Both the position numbers and the translations under genes were made by a program. 28,966 bases of DNA, from positions 1 to 28,966 of IMG/VR virus record IMGVR_UViG_3300037467_000326, one strand, 5' to 3'. The notes below the pieces were generated by a model. That model had not been told where the DNA came from. It worked only from the letters and a program-made list of their open reading frames with translations, and made no database searches. The first letter of the stretch is position 1; every line of letters begins with the position of its first letter. This document shows positions 1-8,472 of the stretch, piece by piece. The stretch comes from a virus. Taxonomy: Duplodnaviria; Caudoviricetes.

Positions 1-127
1 ATGAAACTTCCACGATGCGGAAATAGTCGGCGCATACCGAATGAATATCCAGGCATAGGGGATGGATATGCATGGGTAATGCATGGTCATTCACGCATTC
101 AGGCTTGAATAGGAGCGTTTTTCTCAG
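1..127. repeat. Exact 127-bp copy of 15616-15742
   Basis: Base-by-base match; first mismatch at 128 (a) vs 15743 (g). Confidence 0.93.
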
Positions 128-198
128 AATGAATGGGAACACCGTCAGTTGTAGGCCAAATAGTATTCCCAGGCCGGCAAAAATGTTGACCGTATTTG

Positions 199-218
199 GA
201 AAGAAATGGCGGTAAAAT
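199..218 (+). promoter_or_regulatory. Candidate terS promoter motif AAAGAAATG-N3/4-GTAAAAT
   Basis: TAAAAT -10 at 213-218; motif recurs before portal and in unit B. Confidence 0.5.
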
Positions 219-258
219 GGAAATATATCGAAGAAAACGGAGGTGCTTTTAGAGCACA

Positions 259-516
259 ATGGCAACAGGACCATATTTGAAGGAAGTACGGAAGTTCCTA
301 CGTACGGCTGACTGGCTTACAGAGGAACATGCGCCGATGGTTGTCCACCTCAAGTCACTTGCATCCACTTTGGACAAGCAGCTTGAGGAGAACGGCGAAA
401 TCTCACAGGGAATCGCGGGGGTTTTCGGTGTGACATGGGGTCGCTTGAAGAAGCCTGAAGTTAAGGGCTCTGCAAGGAAGGATGAAGAGTCTGACCCAGA
501 CTTGCAGTTCAGTTGA
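259..516 (+). CDS. terS: Terminase small subunit
   Basis: 85 aa helical ORF directly before TerL, GGAGGT RBS, homolog at 15874. Confidence 0.75.
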   Translation: MATGPYLKEVRKFLRTADWLTEEHAPMVVHLKSLASTLDKQLEENGEISQGIAGVFGVTWGRLKKPEVKGSARKDEESDPDLQFS

Positions 517-2030
517 GTTGTAAGTATGACCAATGCTCCAGCCCATCAGTCACCTTGCATGGCTATTGCTTGGCTCATGGCTGGATGCCAACGCGCTACA
601 CACCATCCCTTACCGGTACTGAGGAGTTTGTCACTGATGGAGACAAACTCCTCAGAGTCATTGACAAGTACTGGAAGGAACGTGACGTAGCAGGGCAATT
701 CAACGCTGACCCATTCCAGCGCTGGATTATCAGGCATGCCCTGGAGCGCTACCCAGACGATTACCCAGACCCAGAGCTAGCAGGCCGCCTACGTTGGCGT
801 CAGTACTTCGTCAGCATGGGTGTTCAGAACGGTAAGTCAACGATTGGCGCAATGTTTGGCGTCTACGGCTTGCTGTTCCATGAGCACTCACCTTTGGTGC
901 TGTCCCTTGCACAGTCCAGGGAATCAGCTAAGGAAATCTACGAGCGTGTTGGATACACGGTCAGCGCTGTTGCTCAATTCAGCAAAGCAGCGAGGGTTAC
1001 CAAGGGGTCTGGTATCAGCCGCAAGGGTGTGCCAGGCAAGTACATCATCAAGGCATCTTCTGAGAAGGCCATCCAGGGTCTACCGGTCTCTTTGTGCATC
1101 TACGACGAAATGCACCTAACGACTGAGGCTCTGTTCAATCAGGCAAAGAAGCGAATCAGCGCTAGGAAAGACGGAATCATCATCGGACTAACAACCGCTG
1201 GTGATATGAACTCCAAGCTTCTCTTGGGGCTCTACAAGGAGCTTGATGCACTGATTGCCGAGCCTGACGAGACCAACCGGCTGGGTGGAGCTATCTGGGA
1301 AGCCCCCGAGGGTGCCTCACTGACCACAGAAGGGGCTGTAGAGGCTGCTAACCCGGCTGTCGCATGTGGACGCAAGCTCGCGTCTACCGTTCGCTCAGAC
1401 GCCCGTACAGACCACTGGGTTGAGCAGCAGCGATACACGCTCAACAGGTTCGTAGATGTCTTCAATTCATGGATTGACATGCCGGAATGGAATGCCTGTG
1501 TCGGCAAGGGACCGGTTTTGTCTGAAGGCGGACCATACGTCTTTGGCATTGACTCAGCAGACAACATGAATACCGCCACCATCACCATGACAACCAAGAA
1601 GGGTGACGTAGTTAAGTCACGAATGGTGGCAAGTCTGGTCAAGCCAACAACGGACCAGCTACTCAAGTACTGCCAGTACCTACGACGCAAGTACGGCGGA
1701 AGGGCAGCCTTTGTTATCTACAAGCGTTCCCTTAATGAGCTAGGGGAGAAGCTGAAGGAGCGTGGCGGATATGAGGTCTACAGCTTGAGTGACAGCGAGT
1801 TCTCAGAGGCTTGCAAGACCATCTACCGGCTAATCAGCCGTAAGCAATTCGACGTACGTAATGAAGAAGTACTGAGAATGCAGGTTCCAAAGGCCATCCG
1901 AAAGAACTACTACTCAGGATGGAAGTTGGACAAAACACATACCAGCGTGGAACTGGATGCACTGTATGCAACCGTCATTGGTGCATACATTGCCGAAACT
2001 AAGAAGATTGGACAGGCAGCAATCTGGTAA
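513..2030 (+). CDS. terL: Terminase large subunit
   Basis: Walker A-like GVQNGKST, Walker B CIYDEMH, LTTAG coupling motif, EAANPA, nuclease VFGID...LDALYA. Confidence 0.95.
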   Translation: MSCKYDQCSSPSVTLHGYCLAHGWMPTRYTPSLTGTEEFVTDGDKLLRVIDKYWKERDVAGQFNADPFQRWIIRHALERYPDDYPDPELAGRLRWRQYFVSMGVQNGKSTIGAMFGVYGLLFHEHSPLVLSLAQSRESAKEIYERVGYTVSAVAQFSKAARVTKGSGISRKGVPGKYIIKASSEKAIQGLPVSLCIYDEMHLTTEALFNQAKKRISARKDGIIIGLTTAGDMNSKLLLGLYKELDALIAEPDETNRLGGAIWEAPEGASLTTEGAVEAANPAVACGRKLASTVRSDARTDHWVEQQRYTLNRFVDVFNSWIDMPEWNACVGKGPVLSEGGPYVFGIDSADNMNTATITMTTKKGDVVKSRMVASLVKPTTDQLLKYCQYLRRKYGGRAAFVIYKRSLNELGEKLKERGGYEVYSLSDSEFSEACKTIYRLISRKQFDVRNEEVLRMQVPKAIRKNYYSGWKLDKTHTSVELDALYATVIGAYIAETKKIGQAAIW

Positions 2031-2050
2031 AAGGCAGCGGTTATGCTTTT

Positions 2051-2071
2051 GAAAGAAATGTGCCGTAAAAT
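2051..2071 (+). promoter_or_regulatory. Candidate leaderless portal promoter
   Basis: GAAAGAAATGTGCCGTAAAAT; -10 ends 8 nt before ATG 2080; no SD. Confidence 0.5.
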
Positions 2072-2079
2072 TGAATTAA

Positions 2080-3204
2080 ATGAGCAAGTTCATTGATTGG
2101 CTGACAGGAGAAAGCTATAAGACATCAATCGTTGATGAGATTATTGCGAATGCACCAACACAGCCACTAGAGAAGAGGGATGCACCAAGCATTCCGCCGC
2201 CTGGGTATGTAGCACGTACACCAGGAGCACCGGTCACCATTGAAACGGCTTTGAGTCTCTCAGTCGTTTACAGGTCTGTGTCCGTTCTAGCAACCATCAT
2301 TAGCCAGCTTGAGCTAACAGTCTCAACAGTCACTGGCAAGCCTCTGAAGACGTTGCCGGACAGAATTGCAAGGCCTGACTATCAGATTCCTCTATCTGAG
2401 TTTCTGAAGAAGACCGTTACCAGCCTTGCTACGTATGGCAATGCGTACTGGCGTCTATGGCGCACCACAGAAACGGCGATGCCAGACAGGCTAGAGGTGC
2501 TTAACCCAAACAGCGTCAGCATTGAGTACGACGCTGACGACAACAAGGTCTATGTCTATAAGGGTCGCAACGGCAACGTTGTTCGCTTGCAGCCATGGCA
2601 GGTCAGTCACCTAAAGCTCATGGTCAGCTTTGAGACCAACGTCGATTACGGCTCAGGACCAATCCAGCGATGTGCAGAAGAGATTCAGCATGCCCTTGAC
2701 CTGAGGGATTACGCACGCAGGGTCTTTGACGAGTACCCAAGCGGAATTGTCAGCGTAGAAGGCTACCTAGACGAAGACATGCGTGCCGAATACAAGGCAG
2801 CTTGGTACGCGGAACAGGTCAATGGCGAGCGCATTAAGTTCATCGGAAACAAGGCCAGCTACCAGCAGCTGGAGCAGAACCCTGAGACAACTCAGTACGT
2901 ATCTGCACAGCGTCTTGCTGATGCAAAGGTAGCGCGGGCTTTCGGAATGCCACCAAACATGGTCTTGGTTGAGGACGTGTCTAACAAGACGTACCAAAAC
3001 CTTCAGGACGTTGACAGGGCATTCATCCGCAACACGGTTGAGGAGTACCTGACTGTCATTGAGTCAGCATTCTCTGACCTCTTGTTCCCAAAGACAGTCA
3101 AGTTCAACACGGACGCATGGCTACGTGCATTGACCGTTGACACACCAGCAACACAAATCAACGAAGGAGGGCCGGTAGACGAAAGTCAGGCACCAACAGA
3201 GTAA
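2080..3204 (+). CDS. HK97-family portal protein
   Basis: ALSLSVVYRSVSVLA, LATYGNAY, VARAFGMPP motifs; position after TerL. Confidence 0.93.
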   Translation: MSKFIDWLTGESYKTSIVDEIIANAPTQPLEKRDAPSIPPPGYVARTPGAPVTIETALSLSVVYRSVSVLATIISQLELTVSTVTGKPLKTLPDRIARPDYQIPLSEFLKKTVTSLATYGNAYWRLWRTTETAMPDRLEVLNPNSVSIEYDADDNKVYVYKGRNGNVVRLQPWQVSHLKLMVSFETNVDYGSGPIQRCAEEIQHALDLRDYARRVFDEYPSGIVSVEGYLDEDMRAEYKAAWYAEQVNGERIKFIGNKASYQQLEQNPETTQYVSAQRLADAKVARAFGMPPNMVLVEDVSNKTYQNLQDVDRAFIRNTVEEYLTVIESAFSDLLFPKTVKFNTDAWLRALTVDTPATQINEGGPVDESQAPTE

Positions 3205-4751
3205 TGGAACTAGAAACACGAGATTTCGAACTGAGAGGATTCAGCGAGGACAGCCGCACCATCACTGGCATTGCCATTCCATACGGCAAGAAGGCCAACA
3301 TCGGTGGCGGCATGCAGGAGCAGATTCAGCGTGGTGCATTCGGTACCCCCGAGAACATTCCTCTCTTTTACGGACACAACCACCTTCAGGGCCGTATGCC
3401 CATCGGAAAGGTTGTAGCTGTCCGCGATACAGAGCACGGGCTAGAGATTGATGCCGTCATCTCTAAGACCGATGAGGGCGAGCGTGCTTACACGCTTCTT
3501 AAGGACAAGGTGCTTAGCAAGCTCTCAGCCGGATTCGTTCCGGTCGAAAACAAGTTTGACGGCGACACAGTTATCAGGACAAAGGCCGAACTAAAGGAGG
3601 TCTCCATTGTCCCGATGCCTGCCTATGCGCAGGCACAAGTCACGCAGGTTCGTGACAACCAAAATATTAAGGAGGTAGTCGAAAACATGACTACAGAAAT
3701 TGAAACAACCTCCGAGGATGTCACGGAGCTACGTGCGGAGTTTGACGCACGTCTTACGAACATCCAGCGTGAGGTATCCACCCTTGCACAGGGTGGCGGA
3801 AAGAATGACGCTGGTCCACAGTTCCGCTCAGGAATTGAGGCTTACCAGGCATTCCTAAAGGGTGACGACTCTGCCGTAAAGGAGATTCGTGCCTACGTTG
3901 GTGGAACTTCCGCCGACTTCGTAGCTGGTGAGGACTGGAAGGGTCTTCTAGGCGGAATCGTCAAGAAGAACCGTCCACTAGCTGAGGCATTCTCAAGTGG
4001 TCCTCTTGCAGATGGAGCAGAGAGCGTTACTTACGAGAAGATTGCTTCCGTAACCGGTGACGTTGCTGTTCAGGCTGCTGAGGGTGACGTGGTTGCAGCC
4101 CTCCAGGTCACAACTACAAAGGAAACTGCAACTGTTGAGACTCTTGCTGCTTACAGCAACCTCACGTTCCAGGCATTCCAGCGTGTATTGACCTCTTCTG
4201 GTCAGCTAACGCTTGACCGTCTTGCAGCTTCTTACGCAAAGGTCAGCAACGGCAAGGTCCGTACTGCAATGACCAGCGCAACTCCACAGGCTGGATTGAC
4301 TTCATACGCCTTGGCTTCAGCAACAGCAGACAAGTTCATTGCAACTGTCGTTGACGCTATTACCAAGATTGACCTAAACGGCGAGGGTGCTCAGGCAGAC
4401 TTCATCGTCGTATCTGGTGACGTATGGCAGAAGATGGCAAGCCTTGTTGACTCTGCAAGCCGTCCAGTATTCGACGTAAACGGAGATGGTTCTAACACCA
4501 TCGGTTCTTTCAACGCACGTCGCATTGTTGGACAAATCGTAGGATTGCCAATCATCTATGACTCTGGTCTCGCTGCATTGAGCTTCTACGTTGCAAGCCG
4601 TGACGCAGTAACAAGCTGGGAGTCCGCAGGAGCACCAGTACGTATGGAGGATGTAAACATCCAGCAGTTGTTCCGTACGTTCGCTCTCTACGGATACTTC
4701 GTAGCAGCCGCAACTAACGAAAACGGTCTCGTCAAGCAGACCCTTTCCTGA
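3204..4751 (+). CDS. Prohead protease-major capsid protein fusion
   Basis: HK97 protease motifs (ITGIAIPY, LFYGH, LSAGF, LKEVSIVPMPAY) fused to a capsid domain (GQIVGLPIIYD). Confidence 0.92.
   Translation: MELETRDFELRGFSEDSRTITGIAIPYGKKANIGGGMQEQIQRGAFGTPENIPLFYGHNHLQGRMPIGKVVAVRDTEHGLEIDAVISKTDEGERAYTLLKDKVLSKLSAGFVPVENKFDGDTVIRTKAELKEVSIVPMPAYAQAQVTQVRDNQNIKEVVENMTTEIETTSEDVTELRAEFDARLTNIQREVSTLAQGGGKNDAGPQFRSGIEAYQAFLKGDDSAVKEIRAYVGGTSADFVAGEDWKGLLGGIVKKNRPLAEAFSSGPLADGAESVTYEKIASVTGDVAVQAAEGDVVAALQVTTTKETATVETLAAYSNLTFQAFQRVLTSSGQLTLDRLAASYAKVSNGKVRTAMTSATPQAGLTSYALASATADKFIATVVDAITKIDLNGEGAQADFIVVSGDVWQKMASLVDSASRPVFDVNGDGSNTIGSFNARRIVGQIVGLPIIYDSGLAALSFYVASRDAVTSWESAGAPVRMEDVNIQQLFRTFALYGYFVAAATNENGLVKQTLS
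3669..3689 (+). promoter_or_regulatory. Internal SD and in-frame ATG (3687) for stand-alone capsid protein
   Basis: AAGGAGGT then in-frame ATG at the domain junction; conserved in unit B (ATG 19245). Confidence 0.7.
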
Positions 4752-4762
4752 GGTGATTTGAG

Positions 4763-5077
4763 ATGACGATGGAAGACCTAAAGGCATTTCTGGATATCCC
4801 ATCCAGCGATACCAGCCAAGACCTCCGCATTCAGGAATGCTGGACCAACGCTGGTGAGTTGCTGACGCTGGCAACAGCTAAGGCCTTCCGCGTCATTCCT
4901 CAAAGCGTATTGGACTACTGCCAGCTAAGGATTGGTAAAGACATGTTTGACAGTCGGAACACAACCGCTGGCGGTAGTCAGTTCACAACCTTTGAGGGTG
5001 TGACAAGTGCGCGGGCTGCAAGAGACCCATTGGCTGTTGTCGCACCAGTCCTCGCTATGTACGTGGTGAGGTACTGA
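4763..5077 (+). CDS. Head-tail connector/adaptor
   Basis: MEDLKAFL start, ARDPL motif, position after capsid. Confidence 0.8.
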   Translation: MTMEDLKAFLDIPSSDTSQDLRIQECWTNAGELLTLATAKAFRVIPQSVLDYCQLRIGKDMFDSRNTTAGGSQFTTFEGVTSARAARDPLAVVAPVLAMYVVRY

Positions 5078-5478
5078 TGTCAGCACAGTCAGACGCACGA
5101 GCGGAAATCACCGGCATTCTGAATGCCATCACGTTCAACGGACAGCCTCTAGTAGTTAGGGACAACCCAACGAACGTAAATCCATGGTGTGTAGTCATTG
5201 CAAGTGCTGACCCAGTACTTACCAATGAGAACACCAGTGGCTCTGTGGGCGATTACGAATACAACCTGCTATTGCAGTTTGTAGGCGGTAGTCCAGAAAC
5301 ATCCTCTCTGGCAGTCCTTGAGGACATGGTAGAGAGCGCAATTCTTGCGCTGGGTAACAGTGAGTACTGGTACCCAGGAAACGCAAGCGCACCTTTCGTG
5401 GGTGATGGTGGCGACGGAAAGGTCTATTTGACTATTACGTTGCCGGCAACAAAATACATTGAAATTGGAGGGGCATAA
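5077..5478 (+). CDS. Tail terminator/completion protein (probable)
   Basis: 133 aa between connector and major tail; synteny. Confidence 0.6.
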   Translation: MSAQSDARAEITGILNAITFNGQPLVVRDNPTNVNPWCVVIASADPVLTNENTSGSVGDYEYNLLLQFVGGSPETSSLAVLEDMVESAILALGNSEYWYPGNASAPFVGDGGDGKVYLTITLPATKYIEIGGA

Positions 5479-5873
5479 TGCCTACTAAGAGACTACGCAG
5501 CAAGAACGCATTCTTCAGCCTTAACGCCGTTGACTACTCAGACCAGATTGTTGACCTTGAATTGGTTGTAGAGACTGACGCACCAACCACCTTCACTGGT
5601 CCTGAGGGTAGGTACTTCCTACGCGGTACCGGCCTTGCATCTGTAAAGGCTTCAACACTGCACAGGTACCTACGTTCTAACCCAAACGTGGCTGCCATCC
5701 CGTTTGTCTTTGGTCCAGGTGGAGAGACACCATCTGCTGACAACCCAGTCTTCACTGGAACAGTCACGCTCGGTCTAGAGCCAAACATCAAGGCTGGTCC
5801 ATACGGCGAAACATCAACATTCACCATTGATATTGAATGCGATGACAAGCCAACCGAAGACCTAGCACCTTGA
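5478..5873 (+). CDS. Major tail protein
   Basis: VDYSDQI, PSADNPVFTGTV motifs typical of small actinophage tail tubes. Confidence 0.8.
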   Translation: MPTKRLRSKNAFFSLNAVDYSDQIVDLELVVETDAPTTFTGPEGRYFLRGTGLASVKASTLHRYLRSNPNVAAIPFVFGPGGETPSADNPVFTGTVTLGLEPNIKAGPYGETSTFTIDIECDDKPTEDLAP

Positions 5874-5883
5874 GGTTAAGCCC

Positions 5884-6234
5884 ATGACTAACGGAATTGA
5901 GGTCAATGGGACTGAGGCGGTTGCTCAAAGCCTCCAAGACTTTGCGGATGCAGTCGGTAAGCAGGAACAGACGTTCCTCAAGATTGGCGGCATCTTGGTT
6001 GAAGAGGCTAAGAGCATCGTTCCAGTAAGAACGCACAAGCTACAGGGAAGCATCGTTGCTAAGGCAACTGACAACAGTGTCACGATTACCGCAGGCAACA
6101 ACGCAGTTGAGTACGCAGGTGTCATTCACAGACGCAGGGCTTACTTGACAATCGCGCAGTACAACAAGGAAGACGAAGTAGCTCAGGTTATGGCTAAGGC
6201 GATTGATGGCCTAATCAAGCAGCACTTCGAATAA
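5884..6234 (+). CDS. HK97 gp10-like neck/tail protein
   Basis: AKSIVPVRTHKLQGSI and VEYAGVIH motifs. Confidence 0.75.
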   Translation: MTNGIEVNGTEAVAQSLQDFADAVGKQEQTFLKIGGILVEEAKSIVPVRTHKLQGSIVAKATDNSVTITAGNNAVEYAGVIHRRRAYLTIAQYNKEDEVAQVMAKAIDGLIKQHFE

Positions 6235-6252
6235 ATAAACTAGGAGAGAAAC

Positions 6253-6669
6253 ATGAGCAAGACAATTACGATTCCAGGAATCATCAGGTTCTTTGGAGCA
6301 CTGACATACAAGGAGCGAATCCACATTCAGCGTCGTATGGATGTCTCCATTGCTGAGGTCATGGGAAATCCACTTCACCCATTGGCTGATGAGTTGGCTA
6401 TTGAGATGATTTATGCAGCGGCGCGCAGGCTAAACCGTGATGACATTACGCTCGATTCATTGCAGGAAATGGACGTTCCAGAGTTGGACCTTGTAATGAG
6501 AGAGCTTTTCGCTGCTCTTGGCTTTGATGACCAGGAGATTGAGGTGGATGAGAATGGTGTCCCTTTAGTGATGGGCTCTCAGACAAAGAGCGAATCATCA
6601 GAAGACACATCCGAAACGGAGAACTCTTCGACAAGTACTACTGGTGCTTCAGTCTCGGATGGAGCTTGA
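6253..6669 (+). CDS. Tail assembly chaperone (gpG-like)
   Basis: Before tape measure; GGAG RBS; slippery site inside. Confidence 0.75.
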   Translation: MSKTITIPGIIRFFGALTYKERIHIQRRMDVSIAEVMGNPLHPLADELAIEMIYAAARRLNRDDITLDSLQEMDVPELDLVMRELFAALGFDDQEIEVDENGVPLVMGSQTKSESSEDTSETENSSTSTTGASVSDGA

Positions 6670-6770
6670 CACCAGAGCACTACGACACGCTCACACCAGA
6701 TGAGCGAGACGTGATGTTTGAGGCTTTCAACGAATATATGGAGGACAGACAGAAGGATAATGGCGAATAG
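6561..6770 (+). CDS. -1 frameshift extension of the chaperone (gpGT-like)
   Basis: C CCT TTA at 6561-6567; -1 frame open to TAG 6768-6770 (...GELFDKYYWCFSLGWSLTPEHYDTLTPDE...), conserved in unit B. Confidence 0.85.
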   Translation, partial: PFSDGLSDKERIIRRHIRNGELFDKYYWCFSLGWSLTPEHYDTLTPDERDVMFEAFNEYMEDRQKDNGE

Positions 6771-8472
6771 ACCAATCGAGCTTAAGGCAACCCTTGATGC
6801 ATCAGACGTAGATAAGAACGTCAAGAAGATGGCAGCCGGGTTGCAAGACATCCCAGATGCAGCCGGTAAGGCATCTGGGGAAATGCGCAACCTCGCAGAC
6901 TCAACAGACCAGACAGCTACCAAGACAGGCATCATGGCATCCGCTCTGGGTGCCTTTGCTGGTGGCCTAGAGGCTGTTGGACTGGAGAAGTACGGAGTAG
7001 CCCTCCAGGCATCTGCCGTTGGTGTAGACGTATTCTCCAACGCTTCTGACGTAGCCACTCTGGCTCTTGAGTCCAAGTACGTAAAGCTGCTTAGGGATAA
7101 GGCAGCAACCGTTGCCTCTACGGCAGCATCTCTTGCTGCTAGTGCAGCCTCTAAGGCCATGGCTGCTGGTCAGTGGCTACTGAATGCTGCCTTGAGTGCT
7201 AACCCTATTGGCTTGGTAGTTGTGGCTATTGGTGCCTTGGCTGCTGGACTGGTCTTGGCTTACAAGAAGTCTGAGACCTTCCGAAACATCGTCAATGGCG
7301 TATTCGGCGGTATCAAGGATTTTGTCTGGCCTATCATCAAGTTCCTTGGTGAGGGAGTCGTTAAGGCTCTTAGTGCCGTTCTGAACTTCGTACTCGGACC
7401 ATTCAAGGCTATTGGTGAGAAGTTTGGTCTGCTTAAGGATGATACGAATGACCTGAAGAAGGCCATTGTTGATACCGGCCCACCTATGGAGAACTTCGAA
7501 GAGTCACAGAAGAGGCTTGGTGAAGAAACCGACAGAGCACAGCAATACATTGATGACCAGAAGAAGGCTCTTGACGACTACGTTGACTCTCTGACTGCTG
7601 CACAGAATGCAGTACTTGACCTGGCGGATAAGCAAATCGGCGTTGCCGAGGCTACTGATGCTGCTTCTAAGGCTGCCAAGGAAAACGGCAAGACTCATGA
7701 CATTAATACAGAGAAGGGCCGTAACAACGAAAAGGCTCTACACGCTCTGGCTAAGGCAACCAATGAGAACACGGTTGCCATGGTTCAGAACGGTCAGGCT
7801 GAGCTAACCACTGCTGCTAAGGCAGAGGCATCCCGAAAGAACTTCGTCAAGCTGGCTACCCAGATGGGCTATTCAAGGGCTGAGGCTGAGGCTCTTGCTC
7901 GCAAGATGATTGCCATTCCTAACGTGTCTCGTGAGGCAAAGCTGAGAGGTAATGTCGCAGACCTTGATGCCAAGATTGCTGCTGCAAAGAAGCATCTTGG
8001 TGATAAGGGACTGACTGACCCTCAGAAGACCAAGATTAAGGCCGACATCGCAGACTTGGTAGCCAAGAAGGCGGCGGCTGTGAAGGAGCTAAACGCTCTG
8101 CCTAAGACCAAGACGATTGTTGTCCAGTGGAAGAACACAAGCAGTGGTTCCATTCCTCTCAACACAATCGGAAGCCTTGGACGTAGGGCAGCTGGTGGAC
8201 CAGTTGACAAAAACACTCCGTACATTGTTGGTGAGAACGGTCCCGAGATTCTTGTCCCAGACGGCAGCGGAACCATCATTCCTAACCACAAGCTGTCATT
8301 CGCCAGTCCACGCGGTACGGCTACGGCTGCTGGCAGTGCTCCGTCAATCACCTTCAACAACAGCACATTCATTGGTTCTTCAAAGGCTGAGCTTCAGCGC
8401 TGGCTACGTGAGCTATTGGAGTCCGACCTTCGTTACAACGGTGCTGGATGGCTGAAGGAGAGATTGGCATGA
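6760..8472 (+). CDS. Tape measure protein
   Basis: Ala-rich, QWLLNAALSANPIG and AGGPV..YIVGENGPE motifs; start set by alignment to unit B. Confidence 0.92.
   Translation: MANRPIELKATLDASDVDKNVKKMAAGLQDIPDAAGKASGEMRNLADSTDQTATKTGIMASALGAFAGGLEAVGLEKYGVALQASAVGVDVFSNASDVATLALESKYVKLLRDKAATVASTAASLAASAASKAMAAGQWLLNAALSANPIGLVVVAIGALAAGLVLAYKKSETFRNIVNGVFGGIKDFVWPIIKFLGEGVVKALSAVLNFVLGPFKAIGEKFGLLKDDTNDLKKAIVDTGPPMENFEESQKRLGEETDRAQQYIDDQKKALDDYVDSLTAAQNAVLDLADKQIGVAEATDAASKAAKENGKTHDINTEKGRNNEKALHALAKATNENTVAMVQNGQAELTTAAKAEASRKNFVKLATQMGYSRAEAEALARKMIAIPNVSREAKLRGNVADLDAKIAAAKKHLGDKGLTDPQKTKIKADIADLVAKKAAAVKELNALPKTKTIVVQWKNTSSGSIPLNTIGSLGRRAAGGPVDKNTPYIVGENGPEILVPDGSGTIIPNHKLSFASPRGTATAAGSAPSITFNNSTFIGSSKAELQRWLRELLESDLRYNGAGWLKERLA

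Noticed and set aside
6579-7160. Long minus-strand ORFs (also 1232-1690, 4374-4874, 11115-11603, 21930-22658) as a hidden repressor or lysin
   Set aside because: Antisense shadows of well-supported genes with no recognisable motifs
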